A stretch of 64,000 nt of DNA, taken from NCBI GenBank assembly GCA_965368975.1, contig CBDUPA010000017.1, forward strand, positions 64,001-128,000, in the 5' to 3' direction. Under the pieces are notes generated by a model. That model saw only the letters and a program-made list of their open reading frames with translations. It was not told where the DNA came from and ran no database searches. The stretch's first letter is position 1. Every line of letters begins with the position of its first letter. A program made the position numbers and the translations under genes. Source of the DNA: an uncultured bacterium (GTDB taxonomy: Bacteria > Acidobacteriota > Thermoanaerobaculia > Multivoradales > JAHZIX01). Shown in pieces: positions 56,788 to 64,000 of the stretch.

Positions 56788-58392
56788 TCATCCCAGGCAA
56801 CCGGTGGTCCACGCTCCGTCGACCAAGCGTAGCAGGCGGTCCGGGTTGGCGTCGCGCAATTCTTCCGGTAGCACCGCGACGGGAGCGTCTTGGTAGGCCA
56901 CGGGACGCAGGAAGCGCGCGATCGCGGTGCCGCCGACGGACGTGCTCTGGGGCGCCGTGGTGGCGGGATACGGACCGCCGTGCACCATGGCGTCGCACAC
57001 CTCGACGCCGGTGGGGAAGCCGTTGAACACCAGGCGTCCGACCCGCTGCGTCAGGGTGTCGAGGAGGTCCTGGTGGTTGCGTAGCTCGTCGCCCTCGTGG
57101 AGCACCGTCGCTGTCAGCTGACCGGGCACGGCGCGCGCCACCTCGACCAGCTCCGCGTCGCTGGCGCAGCGCACGATGAGCGTCACCGGACCGAAGACTT
57201 CCTCGCGCAGGGTCTCGTTGCCAATGAAAACCGAGGCGCTGGTGAGCAGGGCTGCCGAGCGGGCTTCTGCACCCTCCGCTTCCTGCTTACCCTGTACGAG
57301 CCAGGACACTCCCGGCTGCTCGCCCATGCGCACCAGGCCGTTTCGATAGGCGCTGGCGATGCCCCCGTGCAGCATGACGCCGGGCGCGGCTTGTCGCAGC
57401 TGCTCGCCGAGTACCTGCACGAAACGGTCGGTCGCGGCAGCGTCGCGCACCACCACGACGCCCGGGTTGGTGCAGAACTGACCGCACCCCAGGGTCACCG
57501 AGGCGGCCAGCCCGGCCGCCAGGGCGTCGCCGCGCGCGGCCAGGGCGTCGGGTAGCAGAAAGACCGGGTTGATCGAGCCCATCTCGGCGTAGACCGGGAT
57601 CGGTTCCGGGCGGGCCGCGGCCAGGTCGAAGAGCGCGCGACCGCCGCGCAGCGAGCCGGTGAAGCCGACGGCGCGCAGGCCGGGGTGTTGCACTAGGGCG
57701 ACACCGACCTCGTGTCCGGCGCCGTGCAGCAACGAGAACACGCCCTCCGGAAGCTCGCACGCCGCCACGGCGCGGGCGATCGCTTCGCCCAGCAACTCGC
57801 TGGTGCCGGGGTGCGCCGGATGTCCCTTGACCACCACCGGGCAGCCGGCCGCCAGCGCCGACGCCGTGTCGCCGCCCGCGACCGAGAAGGCGAGCGGGAA
57901 GTTGCTGGCACCGAAGACGGCGACGGGGCCGAGGGCACGCTGGATGCGCCGCACGTCAGGCTTGGGGATCGGCGCCCGCTCGGGGTCGGCCCGGTCGATG
58001 CGGGCGTCGAGCCAGGAGCCTTCCCGGACCAGCGCCGCGAAGGCGCGCAGCTGCCCGACGGTGCGTCCGCGCTCGCCCGCGCAGCGGCCCGGTGGCAAGG
58101 CGGTTTCCTGGTGCATGCGATCGAGCAGGGTGTCGCCCAGCGCCTCGATCTCGTCCGCGATGCGCTCCAACAAGGCGGCTCGGTGGAATCGTCCACGCTG
58201 TTCGAACTCCGGATGGGCGTCCAGAGCGAGCGCGACGGCGCGGTCGATCTCGCTGGCGGTGGCGTCGGTGTAGGTGGGTTCCAGCGGCGTGCCGCCAATG
58301 CAGTCGACGCCAGCGGGGTCGATGCCGGTGAAGGTCGACGTCCCCTCCGCCACGCGCGCCGTGCCCAGGATGTGCTGTCCGTGCAAGTTCAT
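56788..58392 (-). CDS. Alpha-ketoglutaric semialdehyde dehydrogenase (NADP+ aldehyde dehydrogenase, LhpG-like)
   Basis: VFGASNFPLAFSVAGGDTASALAAGCPVVVKGHPAHP, FTGS, EMGSINP, GQFCTNPG, HGGPYPAT. Confidence 0.9.
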   Translation of the reverse strand: MNLHGQHILGTARVAEGTSTFTGIDPAGVDCIGGTPLEPTYTDATASEIDRAVALALDAHPEFEQRGRFHRAALLERIADEIEALGDTLLDRMHQETALPPGRCAGERGRTVGQLRAFAALVREGSWLDARIDRADPERAPIPKPDVRRIQRALGPVAVFGASNFPLAFSVAGGDTASALAAGCPVVVKGHPAHPGTSELLGEAIARAVAACELPEGVFSLLHGAGHEVGVALVQHPGLRAVGFTGSLRGGRALFDLAAARPEPIPVYAEMGSINPVFLLPDALAARGDALAAGLAASVTLGCGQFCTNPGVVVVRDAAATDRFVQVLGEQLRQAAPGVMLHGGIASAYRNGLVRMGEQPGVSWLVQGKQEAEGAEARSAALLTSASVFIGNETLREEVFGPVTLIVRCASDAELVEVARAVPGQLTATVLHEGDELRNHQDLLDTLTQRVGRLVFNGFPTGVEVCDAMVHGGPYPATTAPQSTSVGGTAIARFLRPVAYQDAPVAVLPEELRDANPDRLLRLVDGAWTTGCLG

Positions 58393-58438
58393 ATCGTTCC
58401 TCGCGTCGAGTCTTCGGTTCGTGGTGCTGTCATGGTCA

Positions 58439-59398
58439 TCAGGCCGCCAATCTCGGGCGACGTTCGAGGTGGTCCCGGACCAGCCGTAGCGCGTGCTCGC
58501 GCAGCTCGCCGCGCACCGGTTGACGCGGCAGGCGCACGGTTTCCGAGCCCATGCCGACCTCGGCCTGCACCAGCTTGATCAGCTGCACGAACTCGGGAAC
58601 CACGTCCAGGCGCAGCAGCGGCAGGAACCAGCGATAGAGCGCGAAAGCACGGGCCACGTCCCCTTGCCGCGCCGCCTCGAACAGCTCGACGCTCTCGGCC
58701 GGCAGGGCATTGACGAGCCCCGCGACCCAGCCGGAGGCGCCGGCTTGCACGCCCTCGACCAACATATCGTCGAGGCCGACGAAGACCCGCAGGCGATCGC
58801 CCACCAGTGCCTTGACCGCCGTCACCCGCCGCGCGTCGCCGCTCGACTCCTTGGTCGCGTGCAGGTTGGCGTGCTTGTCGGCGAAGGCGGCGATGCGCTC
58901 GGGAGTGACGTCCAGGCCGTAGGCGATCGGATTGTTGTAGAGCATGCAAGAGAGATTCGTGGCCTCGAAGACGGCGTCGAAGTGAGCTTCCATCTCGTGC
59001 CAGGGACCCTTGTGCACATAGGGTGGCAGCACCATCAGGCCGCGACAGCCGATGTCGCGGGCGTTGCGCGCCAGGCGCCTGGCCTCGCTGGTGCTGAGGG
59101 CGCTGATCGCCGAGATCACCGGCACGCGCTCGCCGACCGCCTCGACCAGCGTGCGCAGCACCCCGCACTTCTCGGCGAAGTCCAGCGTCGCGCCCTCGCC
59201 CAGCGAGCCCAGGCCGATGATGCCGGTGCAACCGTGGTCGACCAGCCAGCGGGCGTGGTGGGCGAGGAAAGTGTGGTCGACCTGACTCCGGTGGTCTTGA
59301 TCGGGCTCAGTAAATGGTGTCGTGATCGCGGGCATGACGCCCGTCCAGTTCATGTCCGTATTGTTCGTATCTGCGTTGTTCGTATCTGGCTTGCTCAT
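58439..59398 (-). CDS. DapA-family enzyme, probable delta1-pyrroline-4-hydroxy-2-carboxylate deaminase (LhpC-like)
   Basis: WTGVMPAITTPF, GSLGE, MLYNNPIAY, KESSGD. Operon context supports the call. Confidence 0.85.
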   Translation of the reverse strand: MSKPDTNNADTNNTDMNWTGVMPAITTPFTEPDQDHRSQVDHTFLAHHARWLVDHGCTGIIGLGSLGEGATLDFAEKCGVLRTLVEAVGERVPVISAISALSTSEARRLARNARDIGCRGLMVLPPYVHKGPWHEMEAHFDAVFEATNLSCMLYNNPIAYGLDVTPERIAAFADKHANLHATKESSGDARRVTAVKALVGDRLRVFVGLDDMLVEGVQAGASGWVAGLVNALPAESVELFEAARQGDVARAFALYRWFLPLLRLDVVPEFVQLIKLVQAEVGMGSETVRLPRQPVRGELREHALRLVRDHLERRPRLAA

Positions 59399-60795
59399 GG
59401 TGGGGTCTCCGCGGGAGAGGTGTGCGACCAGGCCTCGGCCAGCTGACCGAGGGTGATCGGATGAAGCGGTGGTCGGTCGCGATTGCACATCGCGCCGTGT
59501 GGGTTCGTGGAAGAGGAGCCGTGAAGGAAGGAGAAGGCGCCAGCGCACAGGCGTCCCTGGCAGGCGCCCATGCCGCAGCGCGTGAGTAGTTTGGCCGCGC
59601 GCGGGTCGTCCAGGTCGCGCAGCTGTTCCCAGGTCACGTCCTCGCAGCGACAGACGACGCTCGCTGGCGTCGTCATGTGGCGCAGCTCGGGTCGCAGGCG
59701 GAAGGCGTGTTCCAGTTCACTGGCGAAGCCGCGCGCGCGGTCTCGGCGCCGGTAGAGGCCGGCAGGAAGGCGCTCGGCGTGTCCCAGGAGATCCGCGGCG
59801 GCATGACGTCCGGCGATCTCACCTTCGAGCAGAGCCTTGTCGACGCCACCGATTCCCGTCGATTCGCCGGCGCAGAACACTTCGGGGACGCTGGTGCGCT
59901 GCTCGGCGTCGACCCAGACGCTTCGCGCGCCGGAGTCTCGTAGGCGGCAGCCGAGCAGCGACGCGAGCCGTACTTCCGGCAGCAGGCCGAAGCCTGTGGC
60001 CACGCGATCGACGTTGTAGTTAGCGGAGTTCTGGCTCTCGGAGCCGCCAATGCTGACGCGCAGCGGAGCCGCCGAGCTGTCCGAAGCGTCCTCGACGCCG
60101 GTCGGCCAGCTGCCGTAGCGGCGGGGAATGCCGAGCAAGCGCGCCTGCAAGCCGGCGAGCTGAACCAACTTGGCAGGGTACCGGATCAGCGACAGGGCGA
60201 AGCGGGCGAGCCGCTTCCGGGACGCTTGCTCGACGATCGCCACGATCCGCGCGCCGCGCCGTCGCAGGGAGTCGGCCACGGCCAGCAGCAAGGGGCCGCT
60301 GCCCGCGATCAAGATGCGCTGCCCCGACACGTCGAGACCGCCCTTGACCAGGGCCTGCAAGCCACCGACGGCGGTCACGCGTGGGTGGGTGCTGCCGGGG
60401 AAGGGCAGGTACCGTTCCTGGGCGCCCGTCGCCAGGATGAGACGCTGTGCCTGCAGCCGCAGCGGTGACGCTGCTGCGTGGATGGGAGTGCCGTGGATGG
60501 AAGCGCTGTGGATGGGGGTCGCGATCAGCGTCGTCGCGTCGAGCGCGTCGACGATCGAGAGTCCCGGCAACCACCGCACGCCGGCCGCCTGAGCGCGCTC
60601 CAGCCAAGGGCGCGCCGCGCGCGCTGCTTGCCCCAGGTCGGGGCGCCAGATCTGCCCGCCCCGGCTCGGCTGCTGGTCGACCAGGGCCACGCGCAGTCCG
60701 CTGCTCGCTCGCGCTCCGGCTTCCGCGGCGTGCACCGCCGCCGCCAGGCCCGCCGGGCCGGCACCGACCACCAAGACGTCGACGTCATGCGTCAT
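59395..60795 (-). CDS. FAD-dependent oxidoreductase, D-hydroxyproline dehydrogenase alpha-type subunit (LhpF-like)
   Basis: VVGAGPAG, LILATGAQERYLPFPG, VCRCEDV, TRCGMGACQGRLC. Confidence 0.85.
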   Translation of the reverse strand: MTHDVDVLVVGAGPAGLAAAVHAAEAGARASSGLRVALVDQQPSRGGQIWRPDLGQAARAARPWLERAQAAGVRWLPGLSIVDALDATTLIATPIHSASIHGTPIHAAASPLRLQAQRLILATGAQERYLPFPGSTHPRVTAVGGLQALVKGGLDVSGQRILIAGSGPLLLAVADSLRRRGARIVAIVEQASRKRLARFALSLIRYPAKLVQLAGLQARLLGIPRRYGSWPTGVEDASDSSAAPLRVSIGGSESQNSANYNVDRVATGFGLLPEVRLASLLGCRLRDSGARSVWVDAEQRTSVPEVFCAGESTGIGGVDKALLEGEIAGRHAAADLLGHAERLPAGLYRRRDRARGFASELEHAFRLRPELRHMTTPASVVCRCEDVTWEQLRDLDDPRAAKLLTRCGMGACQGRLCAGAFSFLHGSSSTNPHGAMCNRDRPPLHPITLGQLAEAWSHTSPAETPP

Positions 60796-61030
60796 CGGTA
60801 CGGATCTCCATGCCGGCTGTGCACAGGCGCAAGCAGGCACGCTGGCCGCGCTCGCTGTCGATGGTCACGCGACAGCCTTGGCACACACCCATGGCGCACC
60901 AGGTCGAGATGGAACTGCCCGTCGTTAGACGACCAGCGAGCAGCGCCGCCACCGTCGTGCCGCTCGTGACCTCGTGGGGCGCGCCGTCGAGCTGGACGGT
61001 CATCTTTGAGTGAGGCGGCGCATCAAGCAT
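60785..61030 (-). CDS. (2Fe-2S) small subunit of the dehydrogenase (LhpE-like)
   Basis: TTVAALL...CAMGVCQGCRVTID...RAC...GMEI. Overlaps both neighbouring genes. Confidence 0.82.
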   Translation of the reverse strand: MLDAPPHSKMTVQLDGAPHEVTSGTTVAALLAGRLTTGSSISTWCAMGVCQGCRVTIDSERGQRACLRLCTAGMEIRTDDA

Positions 61031-62228
61031 GGGCGACCTCCCGCATCGGGAGCGCGGCGGGTGGCAGGAAGGGAGTCGCGTCGATGCCCGGTGTGCGTCC
61101 CAGGATGTGGTCGCGTAGCAGTTCACCCGTGACCAGCGCGGTGGTGATGCCCAGACCCTCGTGGCCGGCCGCCAGCAGGATCGACGGATGGCCGGGGAGT
61201 GGGCCGATCAAGGGAAGCTTGCCGGCACCGAAGATCGCGGGGCGCAGTCCGGTCCACACGCGCAGCGCCCTGGCCTGCGCGAGCGCGGGCACGAAGCGCA
61301 GCGCGCGCCGGAGCATGTCGGCGACCAGTCTGCGGTCAACAGGGTGGCGGTCGACGGCGTGGTCGTCGATGGCACAGGAACTGGCGTCGTCGTACTGGCG
61401 CGACGAGCCGACCAGGGCCTGGCCATCGGGGCGCGGTTGCAGATTGAAGGCGACCGACCGCGCCGCGTCCCCGTGGACGCTCTTCTGGTAGCCGAGCTCG
61501 ACCAGCTGGTGGTGGCAGAAGGGTTCGCCGCCACCGTCGGTTACGACCAGATGTCCTTTGCGCGGGAGCAGCTCGGCCGCGATCGGCTCCGGCAGCAGTC
61601 GCAAGGCCTGGAGACCGGCGGCGCAGAGGAGCCACGGGGCGTGGACCCGGCCACCGTCACGCAAGTGGATAGCATCTGCTTCGATGCTCGTGACCTCGAC
61701 GCCGAAGCACAGCCGAGCCCCGGCGTCGCGTGCCTGTTCGAGCAACCAGCGCGTCGCGGCGGGTGGATAAACGATTGCGTCGTGCGGCACGCGCAGGCCG
61801 CCCGCCAGGTCGTCGGCGAGCCGGGGTTCCAGGCGGAAGAGTTCCCGCGCCGGCACGCGCTCCGCCATCACGCCGGCAGCGCGCAGGATGCGCTGCTTGT
61901 GATCGGCCAGGGCCAGTTCGTCTTCTGTTTCGGCGAGCCACAGCGTGCCCGAAGTCGACCACTGGGAGTCCGCCGGCAAGTCCGGCGCCAGCTGCCGCCA
62001 CAACTCCCGGCCGTAGCTGGTGAGTGCGAGCAGGTGCGGATCGTCCTCGACCACCAAGAGGTGTCCCATCCCCGCGCCGGTGGCGCCGGGAAAGCAGCCG
62101 AGCGCGGGCGCCGCGTCCAGCACGGTGACGCGCAGGCCCGCCCGGCTCAGCTGCCAGGCGCACGCCGCGCCGACGATGCCGGCGCCGACGATCAGCACGT
62201 CCGCTTCCGCCGTGTCCGGCCGCTTCAT
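61023..62228 (-). CDS. D-amino-acid dehydrogenase family protein, D-hydroxyproline dehydrogenase catalytic subunit (LhpB-like)
   Basis: IVGAGIVG, ATGAGMGHL, PRKGHL, ELGY, FNLQPR, WTGLRP, GHEGLGITTA. Confidence 0.87.
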   Translation of the reverse strand: MKRPDTAEADVLIVGAGIVGAACAWQLSRAGLRVTVLDAAPALGCFPGATGAGMGHLLVVEDDPHLLALTSYGRELWRQLAPDLPADSQWSTSGTLWLAETEDELALADHKQRILRAAGVMAERVPARELFRLEPRLADDLAGGLRVPHDAIVYPPAATRWLLEQARDAGARLCFGVEVTSIEADAIHLRDGGRVHAPWLLCAAGLQALRLLPEPIAAELLPRKGHLVVTDGGGEPFCHHQLVELGYQKSVHGDAARSVAFNLQPRPDGQALVGSSRQYDDASSCAIDDHAVDRHPVDRRLVADMLRRALRFVPALAQARALRVWTGLRPAIFGAGKLPLIGPLPGHPSILLAAGHEGLGITTALVTGELLRDHILGRTPGIDATPFLPPAALPMREVAHA

Positions 62229-63283
62229 GCGCTCCTCCGCGTCAAGGGGTCGTCCGCTTCCACTACCACGCGCGCCTCGCCGGTCAGGTAGGCGCGGCCG
62301 TTGATCGTCGGGATGATGCGGTCGTCAGGTCCTGGGCGGTAAGAGGCCTCGAAGGACGTGCCGATACAGCTCTCCTGGCGCCAGAGTTCGCCAGCGCCCA
62401 ACCGTCCGTCCGCGGCCAGGCAAGCCAGATTGGCGCTGGTCCCGGTGCCGCATGGCGAGCGATCGTGGGTGCCGCTCGGACACAGCACGTAGTTGCGCTG
62501 CTGGAAGTCGCTGCACGAGGCGCGACCGGTGACGTAGATGTGGTCGATCTCGGGATGACCCTGGCGCTGCAGGGCTCGACGCACGTCGGTGGCGAAGCCG
62601 CGCAACCGATCCAGCTCGTAGGGGCCGATGCTATCCATCGGGTCGGCGGTGAGGAAGAACCAGTTGCCGCCGTAGGCGATGTCGCCACGGATCACCCCGT
62701 GGTGCTCGGTACCGACCTCGAAGCCCTGACGCTCGCGAAAGCTCGCCACGTTTTCGATCGACACCGAGCCGTCGATCTCGAGCGTCGCGTGGACGGTGCC
62801 GGCCGGTGTCTCGATCGGGTACCGACCCTGTGCCAGCCCCGCCACCCGCGCCAGCGTGTGCACCAGGCCGATCGTCGCGTGCACGCACATGTCGAGGTAG
62901 CCGGCACTGTTGAAGAACACCACCTGCAGCAGCGCCACCGCGTCGACCGGCTCGCCGATCACCACGCCCACGGACGCCTGCTGTCCCCAGGGCTCGCTGA
63001 CCAGCAACACGCGCAGCTCGTCGAAGTCGCGTGCCATGCGTCGCTGCCGCTGACGCGCATCGCCGCCACCCAGATCCGGCAGTCCAGAGAGCACGAAGCG
63101 CGTCGGCTCCCCGGCGGTGTGAGAGTCGAGAACGTGCAGGGCATGTTGCGACGCTTTAGCGAATGTCGCTTGCCTCGTGCCGAGGGCTGCCTGCAGCCTT
63201 GCCCAATGATTCTTGGGCTCCTGCAGCTCTTGCAGCTCCCGCAGAGGGGATTGAGAGGATCGATCGAAGTCCACTGCCGTCAT
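62225..63283 (-). CDS. Proline racemase family protein, probable 4-hydroxyproline 2-epimerase (LhpA-like)
   Basis: DSHTAGEPTR, MCVH (normally MCGH), YGGNWF, DRSPCGTGTSA. The start codon is uncertain. Confidence 0.85.
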   Translation of the reverse strand: MTAVDFDRSSQSPLRELQELQEPKNHWARLQAALGTRQATFAKASQHALHVLDSHTAGEPTRFVLSGLPDLGGGDARQRQRRMARDFDELRVLLVSEPWGQQASVGVVIGEPVDAVALLQVVFFNSAGYLDMCVHATIGLVHTLARVAGLAQGRYPIETPAGTVHATLEIDGSVSIENVASFRERQGFEVGTEHHGVIRGDIAYGGNWFFLTADPMDSIGPYELDRLRGFATDVRRALQRQGHPEIDHIYVTGRASCSDFQQRNYVLCPSGTHDRSPCGTGTSANLACLAADGRLGAGELWRQESCIGTSFEASYRPGPDDRIIPTINGRAYLTGEARVVVEADDPLTRRSA

Positions 63284-63289
63284 AGCAGC

Positions 63290-63333
63290 GTATTGATAGC
63301 AAGCGTACGCGGCGATTGTCAACGCTATAGCGT
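63290..63333 (-). promoter_or_regulatory. Putative sigma70 promoter and operator for the catabolic operon
   Basis: Minus-strand TTGACA at 63322-63317, then TG-C-TATCAA 18 nt downstream. A 12-bp palindrome acgctatagcgt (63322-63333) abuts the -35. The element tagc(a)agcgta is repeated. Confidence 0.45.
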
Positions 63334-63507
63334 ATGAATCTGTGAGTGTTCACCCTGGTTTCGGGGGCGGTGACCGAGCTGTGAAGCAGGAGATTGTGAC
63401 GCAGAGAGGATGCGCGCCCCTCGACTACCAGGTACAGCTGATATCTTTGCAGTTCGTCGATGTGCGGTGGGCGGTAGACCCGTGACTCGGACCTAGCGAG
63501 GGAGACG

Positions 63508-64000
63508 ATGGCCAAGAAGAAGGATCAGGGTGGTGTCTTTGGATGGTTTCTCAGCTCGGAGGTCGCCGGTAGCGCGGTGCTGCTCACCTGCGCGATCGCG
63601 GCGCTGGTCTGGGCCAACTCGCCGTGGGCCGACGTCTACCAGGAACTGATCCACACCTACTTGGGGGTCTCGATCGGAGACGTCAGCTTCAAGCTGTCGC
63701 TCGAGCATTGGGTCGGCGATGGCCTGATGGTGATCTTCTTCTTCGTCGTGGGGTTGGAGATCAAGCGCGAAGTCGTGCTGGGAGAGCTGTCGGAATGGCG
63801 CAACGCGGTGTTGCCGGCGAGTGCCGCCGCCGGGGGCATGTTGGTGCCGGCGCTGTTCTACTACGCACTCAATGCCGGTGGTCCCGGCGCCAGTGGTTGG
63901 GGCGTACCGATGGCCACCGACATCGCCTTCGCACTTGGCATCCTGGCGCTGTTCGGAGACAAGGTGCCGATCGGGCTCAAGGTCTTTCTCACCGCCCTGG
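63508..64000 (+). CDS. nhaA: Na+/H+ antiporter NhaA (runs off the right end)
   Basis: Translated by hand from ATG 63508 after GAGGGAG: [56 protein letters not shown]. Confidence 0.93.
   Translation, partial: MAKKKDQGGVFGWFLSSEVAGSAVLLTCAIAALVWANSPWADVYQELIHTYLGVSIGDVSFKLSLEHWVGDGLMVIFFFVVGLEIKREVVLGELSEWRNAVLPASAAAGGMLVPALFYYALNAGGPGASGWGVPMATDIAFALGILALFGDKVPIGLKVFLTAL

Noticed and set aside
55290-63283. Functional link between the hydroxyproline/DDAH-like operon and the NRPS (Pro-like A domains, PRMT-like MT)
   Set aside because: They are over 35 kb apart with unrelated genes between, and the operon is catabolic; there is no sequence evidence for a link.

Overview
High-GC (by eye ~65-70%) bacterial DNA. 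The gene content (TPR-tailed Ser/Thr kinases, a giant NRPS, an ASPIC/UnbV protein, secreted metallopeptidases) is reminiscent of Acidobacteriota (Thermoanaerobaculia-like) or myxobacteria; this is inference only. From left to right: two translationally coupled Ser/Thr kinases; a 5335-aa stand-alone NRPS (C-A-T-C-C-A-T-C-A[MT]-T-C-TauD, no thioesterase); a lower-GC (~50%) five-gene island (19660-28288); a decayed vapBC pair; miaE; two metallopeptidases; an MFS transporter; an intact vapBC pair; CRTAC1-like, NFACT-R and mltA genes; a PPK2/Na-Pi phosphate module; an S9 peptidase; a REP/hairpin cluster; a heavy-metal RND pair; a hydroxyproline-type catabolic operon extended by an XRE regulator and an amidinotransferase-family gene; and the start of nhaA. 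The island is the most novel part. It encodes a caspase-like CHAT protease, a degenerate STAND-like helical protein, a protein with about five tandem SPFH-like domains, and a ZorA-like/ZorB-like pair, with no ZorC/D/E. The CHAT C-terminus and the N-terminal region of the next protein share a Q-rich 12-aa motif (VQQQFVASRQNF / IQQQFIASVQRF) encoded by mostly different codons, which resembles bacterial amyloid signalling motifs. This is a candidate undescribed Zorya-type anti-phage system. All calls come from reading motifs by eye; no database searches were run.
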